Below are positions 49,884 through 59,143 of a DNA stretch of 64,000 bases, one piece after another (position 1 is the first letter of the stretch; each line of letters starts with the position of its first letter). The notes under the pieces were generated by a model. That model did no database searches. It saw only the letters and a program-made list of their open reading frames with translations, and had not been told where the DNA came from. This DNA comes from Clostridia bacterium (GTDB lineage Bacteria; Bacillota; Clostridia; UMGS1883): the NCBI GenBank assembly GCA_051866635.1, contig JBJDXJ010000038.1:96001-160000 (forward strand). The letters are read 5' to 3'. Position numbers and translations under genes: made by a program.

Positions 49884-50675
49884 CTACTCCCTGTATCTTT
49901 TTGAGGGGGCATATCTTCCTGCAACCTCAAGGGTAATATCGCTATCTATTTTTGCACCCTGATTTAAAAGTGCACTTTCAGTTGTGTTATACGCTATTTC
50001 CACCGTGTTGTTGTCGTTACTTAAATGAGCTAAAATAAGGTGCTTTACCCCTTGCTCGAGAAGATGAATGCACGTTGTGGCACAATCATCGTTTGACAGA
50101 TGACCAACACTGCTACGAATTCGCTTTTTTAAGTCGTAAGAATAGGGTCCGTTTAAAAGCATGTCAACATCGTGGTTAGATTCTAACAAAACGATGTCAC
50201 TGTTCTTTATATTTTCGTACACCGTTTTATTCATTACACCGATATCCGTTGCAATAGACACCCTTTTATCATTATGCTCAATAGTAAAGCCTACGCTTTC
50301 CATGCTGTCATGTGGGGTGGAAAAGGGGGTTACAACGCTGTCAAAAGCTGCAAAGGGAACGCCCCCTTGTATGTAACGGACGTTGTCAAACTTTATCTGA
50401 CCTATCCTGCCTATCATTTTTTGCCATGTGCCGTATGTAGCATATATGGGTATATTATATCTGCGGCTTAACACCCCGGCACCTTTAATGTGGTCAGTGT
50501 GTTCATGTGTTATAAAAATACAGTCAATACAATCAGGTGCTACGCCGATAGATTTAAGGGCATTTTCAACGTATACCCCACTGTCACCGCAGTCAACAAG
50601 TATATTTGTGTTTCCTGCCTTAACAAAGGTTGCGTTGCCGCTACTGCCCGAAAAAAGGCTCTGAAGTTCAACCAT
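49884..50675 (-). CDS. walJ: MBL-fold metallo-hydrolase (YycJ/WalJ family)
   Basis: SGSSGNA, THEHTDH, ESNHD, GHLSN, LAHLS; upstream of rlmH. Confidence 0.85.
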   Translation of the reverse strand: MVELQSLFSGSSGNATFVKAGNTNILVDCGDSGVYVENALKSIGVAPDCIDCIFITHEHTDHIKGAGVLSRRYNIPIYATYGTWQKMIGRIGQIKFDNVRYIQGGVPFAAFDSVVTPFSTPHDSMESVGFTIEHNDKRVSIATDIGVMNKTVYENIKNSDIVLLESNHDVDMLLNGPYSYDLKKRIRSSVGHLSNDDCATTCIHLLEQGVKHLILAHLSNDNNTVEIAYNTTESALLNQGAKIDSDITLEVAGRYAPSKRYRE

Positions 50676-51933
50676 TGGACACGTACACTCTTTCTATCTT
50701 AGCACCTATTGCACTAAGCCGCTCTTCTATACATTCATAACCACGGTCAATATGGATAGGCTCGTTGATTGTTGTTGTTCCGTCAGCGGCTAACCCTGCT
50801 ATGATAAGGGCGGCACCGGCACGTAAATCAGTGGCCTTTACAGGAGCACCGTAAAGACGGTCCACACCTTCAATAATAGCTGTGGGACCTGAAATTGATA
50901 TATCTGCACCAAGACGCTTTAATTCGCCTACATACTGGAAGCGGTTGTCCCACACGTCTTCCGTTACCTTGCTGGAACCCTTTGCCAAAGAAAGAAGTGC
51001 CACAATCTGGGGCTGAAGGTCTGTGGGGAAACCGGGGTAAGGCATAGTTTTTACATTACAGGGCTTTAATGGCTTACTGCGTTGTACACGAATAGCATCG
51101 TCATATTCTGTAATTGAAACACCCATTTCCTCAAGCTTTGAAACAAGAGACTCCATATGCTTGGGGATTACGTTTTTAACAAGCACATCACCGCCTGCCG
51201 CCGCCGCCATAATCATAAAAGTACCTGCTTCAATCTGGTCGGGAATAATGGAATAGTTGCCGCCTGTCAGCTTTTTAACGCCTGTTATACGGATAACGTC
51301 TGTACCTGCACCACGAATTTGGGCACCCATAGCGTTAAGGAAGTTTGCCAAATCTACAATATGAGGTTCCTTTGCGGCATTTTCAATAACTGTTCTGCCA
51401 TCAGCCAATGTGGCGGCTAAGATAATATTCATGGTTGCACCTACACTTACAGTGTCAAGATACACGTTGGCACCTGTAAGGTGGTCAGCTCTTGCAGTTA
51501 CTTGACCACGGACAGTCTCAACCTCAGCACCCATGGCACGGAAGCCTTTTTCGTGCAGGTCAATAGGACGTTGACCGAAATTACAGCCACCGGGAAGAGC
51601 AACTTCTGCCTTGCCGAACCTGCCTAAAAGTGCACCTAAAAGATAGTAGGACGCACGCATACGGCTTGCAAGGTCATAAGGTGCTTTAAAGGTAGAAACA
51701 CATGAAGAATCAATCTCAACAGTGTTGGGATAAATCTTTGTAACCTTTGCACCAAGGTAAGTAAGCATTTCCAATATAAGATTAACATCACGGATGTCGG
51801 GAACATGTTCAATGCGGCAAACGCCGTCAATTAAAAGAGCAGCGGGTATTATTGCAACAGCGGCATTCTTTGCACCGCCTGTTGTTATTTCCCCATAAAG
51901 AGGGTTACCGCCGGAAATACGTAAGGTTTCCAT
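50668..51933 (-). CDS. murA: UDP-N-acetylglucosamine 1-carboxyvinyltransferase
   Basis: GAKNA, MRASYY, LPGGCNFG.RP.DLH, PGFPTDLQ, DLRAGA, DRGYE. Confidence 0.96.
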   Translation of the reverse strand: METLRISGGNPLYGEITTGGAKNAAVAIIPAALLIDGVCRIEHVPDIRDVNLILEMLTYLGAKVTKIYPNTVEIDSSCVSTFKAPYDLASRMRASYYLLGALLGRFGKAEVALPGGCNFGQRPIDLHEKGFRAMGAEVETVRGQVTARADHLTGANVYLDTVSVGATMNIILAATLADGRTVIENAAKEPHIVDLANFLNAMGAQIRGAGTDVIRITGVKKLTGGNYSIIPDQIEAGTFMIMAAAAGGDVLVKNVIPKHMESLVSKLEEMGVSITEYDDAIRVQRSKPLKPCNVKTMPYPGFPTDLQPQIVALLSLAKGSSKVTEDVWDNRFQYVGELKRLGADISISGPTAIIEGVDRLYGAPVKATDLRAGAALIIAGLAADGTTTINEPIHIDRGYECIEERLSAIGAKIERVYVSNG

Positions 51934-51990
51934 TTATATAAAAACACCACTTTCTGAAAAAAGTTGGATACACGCACATATGCAACCTAT

Positions 51991-52020
51991 ATTATAACCC
52001 GAAAATGCACAAAATGTCAA
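51991..52020 (-). promoter_or_regulatory. Sigma-A promoter of murA
   Basis: Minus strand TTGACA-18-TATAAT. Confidence 0.7.
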
Positions 52021-52093
52021 TATAAAGCATGGAAGATAAGGAATATTTTTTTTGGATATGTTAACAATACATTTAAAGAAAGAGGGATGAGTA

Positions 52094-52720
52094 ATGGGGC
52101 TTTCCTTTATAAGGACAATAATTTTATACAGCTGTGTAATTTGTGCTATGCGTATTATGGGAAAACGGACCATAGGCGAAATGAACCCCACGGATATGGT
52201 TGTGACGATTATGATATCCGACTTAGCGTGCGTACCTATGCAGTCAAAATCCACCCCATTGTGGGAGGGAATTATCCCCATATTTACCCTTGTTGTAATG
52301 GAGGTTTTCTTTGCCTTCTTAAATGTTAAAAGCCGTTGTATAAGAAGAATTCTTGTGGGAAGAAGCTGTGTGGTGGTAAAAGGGGGGAAACTGCTCAGTA
52401 AAGAAATGGAAAAGTTAAGGGTCAGTGTAGATGATTTGGAGGAGCAAATCAGAATTCAAGGCTACACTGACCTGTCAGATGTAAGTGAAGTTATACTGGA
52501 AACAAGCGGCAAGATAAGCGTTATACCAAAAGAGTCAGGGAAGGAAGTTCCATATATAATTATTGCAGACGGCAAAATACGAGAAAATGAGCTGAAAAAG
52601 TCGGGACTAAGTATGGATAAAATCAAAGGAGAAATGGAAAAGAAAAATATTAAATCCCTTGAGGATATTCTGTATATGAGTGGAATAAATTCCCGCATTG
52701 TATATATGCAAAAAAGGTGA
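52094..52720 (+). CDS. DUF421 / YetF-family membrane protein
   Basis: RIMGKR.IG, ILETSGKISV, II.DG.I. Confidence 0.85.
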   Translation: MGLSFIRTIILYSCVICAMRIMGKRTIGEMNPTDMVVTIMISDLACVPMQSKSTPLWEGIIPIFTLVVMEVFFAFLNVKSRCIRRILVGRSCVVVKGGKLLSKEMEKLRVSVDDLEEQIRIQGYTDLSDVSEVILETSGKISVIPKESGKEVPYIIIADGKIRENELKKSGLSMDKIKGEMEKKNIKSLEDILYMSGINSRIVYMQKR

Positions 52721-52725
52721 TGTAA

Positions 52726-53136
52726 ATGCGAAGAACGTTATCGGCAGTTGTTATTCTTCTTTTGATTTTCACAATGTGGTTTTTTGAGGTGAAAACATTA
52801 AGTAATATATGCCAAGGATTAATAGAAAAAAGTGAAAGCCTTGAAAAAGCATTAAATGAAAACGAAAATATCCAAAAGGCACAAGAGGATTTTTTTGTCC
52901 AATGGGAAAAAAGCAAAAATATACTTAATCTTATTACAAGCCACGACGATACAGAAGAAATTAACCTTTTATCCGTAAGGCTTAAGATATATATGGATAA
53001 ACACGATGTAAAAGAAGCACTGGTGATTATGGAAGAAATAAAGGAGCATGCAAAAGAAATTACAGAAAAATCCAAAGTGGATATTTCCACAGTTTTTTAC
53101 ATTTCAAAGGGTGGTTTATATGCAAGCAGTAATTAA
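52726..53136 (+). CDS. DUF4363-like protein
   Basis: N-terminal TM, helical, W.K....L....SH....I; follows DUF421. Confidence 0.6.
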   Translation: MRRTLSAVVILLLIFTMWFFEVKTLSNICQGLIEKSESLEKALNENENIQKAQEDFFVQWEKSKNILNLITSHDDTEEINLLSVRLKIYMDKHDVKEALVIMEEIKEHAKEITEKSKVDISTVFYISKGGLYASSN

Positions 53137-55501
53137 TCTTACAGGCGAGGGCACAAAGTTAAGACCGTTAAACTGTGAAAAGTGCGGTGCTATGCTGAAA
53201 ATGACAGCAAATACCGTCATAGGTGAAAATATCAGGCACCTTAGAAAACATAACATTAAAAATATCCTTATTTTAGCCAGGTATATGGGAAAGGATTTAA
53301 AAAAGTACCTTGAGAAATACGAAAAAAACTCTGTTACGGTAAAAATTTTAACTGAAGATTTAGGTGACGGTGCACTGGTGGAATGTTATGATTTTCTTGA
53401 AGAAGATTTTGTTTATTTTTCAAGTGATTTGTACACCGTATGCGATTTAACCGCCCTTATAGAGTACCACAGGGAAAAGGATGCCTTTGCAACAGTGTTT
53501 TTACGATGCCCTGAAGGCGGCAACTTGCAGGGAAGAAGTGACGGAAGAATTACAAAGGTACCTGAAAAACGCCTTTGGAACAGTTTTGGGGAGGATAAAA
53601 ACGGGACAGGTATATATGTTTTGAAAAAAGATATTGTTAAGTATATGCCACCTCACTCCCATTGCGACATTAAGAACAATGTGCTTCCTTCACTTATACG
53701 AAGCGGTAAAAATGTTTATGTATCCTTTGATAAGGATTGGGGGGAGAGCATAACAGATTTTGCCTCATATATGCGTGCCAACTTTTTGCTTTTAGACAGC
53801 TACAAAAATATACACCACAAGGGAATTTTTGTGGAGGACGGTGCTGTAGTTGAAAAGGGTGCCCTTTTGGAGGGCCCTTGTTATGTGGGTTCGGGTGCTC
53901 ATATAAAAAAGGGGGCAAGTATAGGTGCATACAGTATTATTCAAAAACACGCAATTATCAGTGAAGGGGCAAATATTAAACGAAGCATAATAGGAGAAGA
54001 GTGTAAAATAGGCAAAAATTCTGCCCTTCGTGGCTGTATAATTGACGAAAAGGTTGTTTGTGGCGAAAACAGCTCTGTTTTTGAACAGGCAGTAATCGGA
54101 AAGGGATGTGTAATTGAAAAGGATTGCACAATCCGTTCCTTTGTAAGGATATGGCCTGAAAAAACCATTGAAAAAGGTATGAATGTAACTGAAAATATAA
54201 TGTGGGGACAGAAAAAGAGGAAACGACTTTTTGAAAAAGGGGAAATATCGGGTATTGTAAATTCGGACATAACTGCATCTTTTTCTTTGAAATTGGGCGA
54301 ATGTATCGGCACCGTTACAGATATGGGCGATGTGGGAGTAAGCTGTGACGGAAAAAGCAGTTCCATGATGCTTCGTGACAGCCTTATATCAGGGCTTCTT
54401 TCAACAGGTTGCTCTGTTAAGGACTTTGGCGAACAGCCCAAGGCAATAACAAGACGTGCGGTAGGCTTTTATATGCTTTCCTGCGGTGTTGTTATAAGTG
54501 TTACCGATAAAGACGGTGAGGACTGTGCTGAAATTTCTCTTATATGGAAAAAGGGCATGGATTTGGATGATGCTACAAAAAAAAGGATGGAGGATGTATT
54601 TTCAAACGGTGATGTTGTGTACACCGAATCAAAAAACATAAAGGAATGTGAGTACCTTTTCGAGTATAAGCTATACTATCTTAAAAATATTTTAAATAAA
54701 ATTGCCGAAAAAAGCGGAGCGGGAAAAGTTCTCATAAGCTGCCCTGCAACATGGGGCAGACGCCTTATAGCATCAGCCCTTTCAGACTTGGGCTATGGTG
54801 TGAATATGTATTCTCCGCCCGTTTCAAAAAGTGTTTCGGAAAGCGAAAAGTTTGAAAAAGCACTTAAACAGGAAGGCTTTTATCTTGGTTTTATAATAGA
54901 TTCGGAATGTGAAAACCTTACCATTGTCACACCGAAGCACGGTGTTGTTGAAAAGGAAATTTACGATGCCATCTGTGCCTATATCATTATGAAAAAATAT
55001 CCTGACAAAGAGGTTTATATTCCCCTTACCGCAAGCCGTATTATTGAAGATGCAGGTAAAAAGGAGCATAGAAACGTAGTTCGTGTGGCAGACGAAAGGA
55101 AAGAGCTTTTAGAAAAACTAAGCCAAGGGGAAAAAAGCTGTGAGGAGCAGTACGTTTTAAAGTTTGACGCTGTTGGTGCAATTGTGAAAATACTTGACTT
55201 TATTTCTAAGGAAAACACCACCTTGGACAATATAATAGACGGCTTTCCCAAAATAAACATGGCACGGGCATATGTTGAAATGACAAAGGAGGAAATGGAG
55301 GGTGCAATTGAACGCATAAAAGATATTGACGGATATTATAAAAGTAACCCAGACGGTGTAAAAATCACCTTTGACAAAGGCTGGGTACTTGTTATGGAGG
55401 ATAAATACCGTGACCTTTGCAGTGTGATAAGCGAAGGTGTAAGTGCAGAAACGGCACGGGAGCTTTGTGATTTCTGCGTTGAAAAATTAATGGGAGAATA
55501 A
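53120..55501 (+). CDS. Sugar-phosphate nucleotidyltransferase / hexapeptide repeat / phosphohexomutase-like fusion (degenerate)
   Basis: GEGTKLRPL N-terminus, LbH repeats, RIWP.K, LF..G.ISG.VN.DIT, C-terminal DGVKI...GWVLV. Confidence 0.75.
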   Translation: MQAVINLTGEGTKLRPLNCEKCGAMLKMTANTVIGENIRHLRKHNIKNILILARYMGKDLKKYLEKYEKNSVTVKILTEDLGDGALVECYDFLEEDFVYFSSDLYTVCDLTALIEYHREKDAFATVFLRCPEGGNLQGRSDGRITKVPEKRLWNSFGEDKNGTGIYVLKKDIVKYMPPHSHCDIKNNVLPSLIRSGKNVYVSFDKDWGESITDFASYMRANFLLLDSYKNIHHKGIFVEDGAVVEKGALLEGPCYVGSGAHIKKGASIGAYSIIQKHAIISEGANIKRSIIGEECKIGKNSALRGCIIDEKVVCGENSSVFEQAVIGKGCVIEKDCTIRSFVRIWPEKTIEKGMNVTENIMWGQKKRKRLFEKGEISGIVNSDITASFSLKLGECIGTVTDMGDVGVSCDGKSSSMMLRDSLISGLLSTGCSVKDFGEQPKAITRRAVGFYMLSCGVVISVTDKDGEDCAEISLIWKKGMDLDDATKKRMEDVFSNGDVVYTESKNIKECEYLFEYKLYYLKNILNKIAEKSGAGKVLISCPATWGRRLIASALSDLGYGVNMYSPPVSKSVSESEKFEKALKQEGFYLGFIIDSECENLTIVTPKHGVVEKEIYDAICAYIIMKKYPDKEVYIPLTASRIIEDAGKKEHRNVVRVADERKELLEKLSQGEKSCEEQYVLKFDAVGAIVKILDFISKENTTLDNIIDGFPKINMARAYVEMTKEEMEGAIERIKDIDGYYKSNPDGVKITFDKGWVLVMEDKYRDLCSVISEGVSAETARELCDFCVEKLMGE

Positions 55502-55717
55502 CAAAGTGTCTCCGACACTCTTTTGCAATAGTTGCCTCTAAAGCCAATAGCGGAGAAAACACTTTGTTACGCCATGTGCGTTTTCCGAGTTTGCGAGGAA
55601 ATTCTCGCACGGCAATAAAATCAAAATTTATTTTTTACATTATAGGAAATGAGGAATTTCCTATAATGTAAAAAACACACCGCATTGAAGTTTAATGCTT
55701 CTTTGCGGTGTGTTTTT
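55499..55717. repeat. Cluster of four hairpins in a convergent intergenic gap
   Basis: taacaaagtgt/acactttgtta; tgcgag/ctcgca; 20-bp perfect arms 55631-55675; 14-bp arms 55671-55717. Confidence 0.75.
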
Positions 55718-55726
55718 GTAGAGAAA

Positions 55727-56749
55727 CTACAAAAGCTCAATCAGCTTTTGCACATCTTCTGTGCTTGTTGCCCAGCTTGTGGCAAAGCGTACAACGGTAT
55801 TATTGTCGTCATACTTTTCCCAATAGCTTATGGCAACTTTTTCTTTTATCTTTTTCATTTTTTCGTTTTCAAGTATAATGAAAATCTGATTTGTAGGTGA
55901 ATTTATGAAAAATCGGTAACCCTTTTGGGTAAATGCCTTTTTTAACATATTGGCAGTTTCAATTGCGTTCTTTGAAATCTCCATATACAGATTGTCTGTA
56001 AAAAGTGCATCAAACTGAACACCTAAAAGTCTGCCTTTTGCCAGCATTGCACCATGTTGTTTTGTCAGTGTGGAAAAATGCTTTGGTGCATTGCTTTTTG
56101 TAAAAACAACAGCCTCTCCGCAAAGGGCACCGCACTTCGTGCCGCCTATGTAAAATACATCGCAAAGAGAGGCGATAACAGGCAGTGTAACAGAGGAATC
56201 GGAGGCTAATGCATAACCTAAACGGGCACCGTCTAAAAACAGGGGAATTTCATACTCACGGCACACCCGGCTTATAGCTGTAAGCTCATCTAATGTATAC
56301 AATGTGCCGTATTCTGTAGGGTGGGAAATATATACCATTCCGGGATAAACCATGTGAGAATGGCTTTCGTCAGCGTAAAATGTGTCAATATGGTTTTTTA
56401 TGTCCTTTGCACTTATTTTCCCCTCTTTTTGAGGAAGGGTTATAACCTTATGACCTGTGTATTCAATTGCACCTGCCTCATGTAAAGCAATATGACCTGT
56501 GGAACATGCAATTACGCCCTGATGCCTTCTTAGCATAGTTGCAATAACTGTCTGATTTGTCTGTGTGCCGCCTGATATGAAGAAAACTTCTCCCTCGGGA
56601 CAGTTACAGGCTTTTTTTATTTTCTCCTTTGCAATAAGGGAATATTTGTCTTCGCCGTAGCCCTCAAGTTTTTCACTGTTTGTTTTGATAAGATGCTCTA
56701 AAACCTTAGGGTGTGCACCTTCAGAATAGTCATTTTTAAAATATAACAT
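55727..56749 (-). CDS. Low-specificity L-threonine aldolase (PLP)
   Basis: F.NDY.EGAHP, GGTQTN, HEAGA, LDGARL, GGTK.G, RFATSW. Confidence 0.88.
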   Translation of the reverse strand: MLYFKNDYSEGAHPKVLEHLIKTNSEKLEGYGEDKYSLIAKEKIKKACNCPEGEVFFISGGTQTNQTVIATMLRRHQGVIACSTGHIALHEAGAIEYTGHKVITLPQKEGKISAKDIKNHIDTFYADESHSHMVYPGMVYISHPTEYGTLYTLDELTAISRVCREYEIPLFLDGARLGYALASDSSVTLPVIASLCDVFYIGGTKCGALCGEAVVFTKSNAPKHFSTLTKQHGAMLAKGRLLGVQFDALFTDNLYMEISKNAIETANMLKKAFTQKGYRFFINSPTNQIFIILENEKMKKIKEKVAISYWEKYDDNNTVVRFATSWATSTEDVQKLIELL

Positions 56750-56764
56750 ATTTTAAATCCTCAA

Positions 56765-58945
56765 TTATTCATTAAATAATGTAAGCTGTTTTTTTCCGCT
56801 GTCCTCGTCCTTAAGGTAGTAGCCTGCCGAGGGAAGTGAACGTGCCTTGTAGCCCATTGGGTCTGCCAAAAGCTCTGTTGCGGGGACAATGGATTTAAGA
56901 GTTGCCTTTTTACGAAGTGTCATTATTTGAACACCCTGAGAAGTTCTTGAAGTTTTTGTAAGAACATCTTTTGTGTCAAATACAACGCACTTTCCGTTGT
57001 CGCTGAATGCGGCAACAGATGTGTCCTCTTTAATATACAACACTGCGGCTAAAGGTGCCTTGTCGGAAAATGCACCTGTCAGGCGTTTTCTGTTAGTTTT
57101 TGTTGCATAACTCTTCATATCGATTTTTGCAATTTTTCCGTTTGTGAATGCGAAAAGCATAAAACCTTCATAGTTATTTGTGGGGACACAGTAAACAACC
57201 TTTTCCCCATTTTCCATTGAGAGAAGGTTCGGCAGATAATCACCCATGGCACTTGCCTTTGTGTCCTTAATGTCATAAAGACGCATTTTGTAGGCATTTT
57301 GCATATCAGAGAAAAACAGCACATCCATCTTATTGGAAGCATCCCATTCAAAGACTGTTTCGTCTCCCTCTTTGAATTTATGCTCACTACTTGCACGAAG
57401 GGAAATAAGTGTTATCTTCTTGAAATAATTTTCCCGTGTCATGAATAATTTAACATTGTAGTCGGGGATATCTTCTTTGACGTCCTCAACTTCTGTATCA
57501 ACAGCATCAATTAAAACTGTTTTTCTGTCCTTGCCGTACTTTTTCTCAATTTCCGTAAGCTCATCGGATATAATCTTTTTGATTTTACGTGTGCTTTCAC
57601 TTGTTTCACGAAGGTCTGCAATGTCTTTTTTCAGCATATCGATTTCCTCAATACGCTTTATAATGTAGTCACGGTTAAGATTACGAAGCTTTATTTCAGC
57701 CACATATTCAGCCTGAATACGGTCGATATTAAAGCCCTCCATAAGGTTGGGAACAACCATGGAGTCATCGGGTGTATTACGCACAATGGCAATGGCTTTG
57801 TCAATATCAAGAAGGATTTTTTCAAGGCCTAACAATAAGTGAAGCCTTGCCTCCTTCTTTTCGGCGTCATAAATAACCCTTCTTTTTGTGCAGTTAATGC
57901 GAAAATCAATCCAGTGGGAAAGGATGCCGCGTACGCCTAAAACCATAGGCTCTCCGTCAATCAAAACGTTGAAATTACAGCTGAATGCATCCTCTAACGG
58001 GGTGGAACGGTACAGCTTTGCCATAAGTTTTTCAACGTCTGTGTTCCGCTTTAACTCTATAGCAAGCTTTAAGCCCATCTTATCGGTTTCGTCACGTACA
58101 TCGTTAATTTCACGCAGCTTGCCCGCCTTTACAAGCTCGGCAATTTTATCAATAATAGCCTCGGTGGAAGCAGTATAGGGGATTTCCGTCACTTCGATAA
58201 GGTTGTTCTTTTTATCGTAGGAATATTTTGCCCTTAGTCTTACACTGCCGCGACCTGTTTCATATATCTGGTTAAAAGTATCTTCGTCACGGATTAAAAA
58301 TGCACCTGTTGAAAAATCGGGCCCTGTAATGTAATCGGAAAGATTAATTTTATCATCTTTCATTAAAGCCTTTGCCGCAAGGCAGATTTCTCTTAAATTA
58401 AATGAGGCTATGTTTGATGCCATACCTACCGCAATACCTTGATTGGGATTTACCAGAATGTTGGGAAATGCCGAGGGTAAAAGTGCAGGCTCCTTCTTTG
58501 TGGAATCGTAGTTGTCCACAAAGTCAACAGTGTTTTTGTCAATATCACGGAAAACCTCTGCCGCAATGGGAGAAAGCTTTACCTCTGTATAACGTGATGC
58601 GGCAAATGCCATATCACGGCTGTACTGCTTGCCAAAGTTACCCTTAGAATCAACAAAAGGATGTAAAAGTGCTTCGTGCCCTTCTGTAAGACGAACCATT
58701 GTTTCGTATATTGCCATATCACCGTGAGGGTTAAGACGCATTGTCTGACCTACAACGTTGGCACTTTTTGTCCTGCCGCCTTTAAGCAGTCCCATATCGT
58801 ACATAGTGTAAAGTAACTTCCTGTGTGAAGGCTTGAAGCCGTCAATCTCCGGGATGGCACGTGATACAATTACACTCATGGCATAGGGCATATAATTTTC
58901 TTCCAGTGTTTTTGTAATCTGCTGTCTGCTGATTTCATTTTCCAT
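56765..58945 (-). CDS. Type IIA DNA topoisomerase subunit A (GyrA/ParC-like)
   Basis: DGFKPSHR, PHGD, AASRYTE (catalytic Tyr), GIAVGMA, GPDF.TG, EIPY; no GyrA-box seen. Confidence 0.9.
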   Translation of the reverse strand: MENEISRQQITKTLEENYMPYAMSVIVSRAIPEIDGFKPSHRKLLYTMYDMGLLKGGRTKSANVVGQTMRLNPHGDMAIYETMVRLTEGHEALLHPFVDSKGNFGKQYSRDMAFAASRYTEVKLSPIAAEVFRDIDKNTVDFVDNYDSTKKEPALLPSAFPNILVNPNQGIAVGMASNIASFNLREICLAAKALMKDDKINLSDYITGPDFSTGAFLIRDEDTFNQIYETGRGSVRLRAKYSYDKKNNLIEVTEIPYTASTEAIIDKIAELVKAGKLREINDVRDETDKMGLKLAIELKRNTDVEKLMAKLYRSTPLEDAFSCNFNVLIDGEPMVLGVRGILSHWIDFRINCTKRRVIYDAEKKEARLHLLLGLEKILLDIDKAIAIVRNTPDDSMVVPNLMEGFNIDRIQAEYVAEIKLRNLNRDYIIKRIEEIDMLKKDIADLRETSESTRKIKKIISDELTEIEKKYGKDRKTVLIDAVDTEVEDVKEDIPDYNVKLFMTRENYFKKITLISLRASSEHKFKEGDETVFEWDASNKMDVLFFSDMQNAYKMRLYDIKDTKASAMGDYLPNLLSMENGEKVVYCVPTNNYEGFMLFAFTNGKIAKIDMKSYATKTNRKRLTGAFSDKAPLAAVLYIKEDTSVAAFSDNGKCVVFDTKDVLTKTSRTSQGVQIMTLRKKATLKSIVPATELLADPMGYKARSLPSAGYYLKDEDSGKKQLTLFNE

Positions 58946-58974
58946 CAGTTACACCACTCCTTTTAAGCTGTTAC

Positions 58975-59003
58975 AGTATATCATATTTTTGCATTTTGGT
59001 CAA
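58975..59003 (-). promoter_or_regulatory. Sigma-A-like promoter of the topoisomerase gene
   Basis: Minus strand TTGACC-17-TATACT. Confidence 0.6.
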
Positions 59004-59143
59004 GTTTTGGGCAAATTGAGCCAAAATTTTGTTAACAAAATGAAAATAATTACATAATTGTTAAAAAAGTTTTACAAAAAGGGTTTACAAATTGGAATTT
59101 TTATGTATAATAGGTAACGGTAAAAGAAAAAAGAGGTGTTTAC

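Noticed and set aside
59050-59090. WalR-type boxes upstream of the M23 gene
   Set aside because: ttaca repeats are spaced 13 bp rather than 11; AT-rich background.
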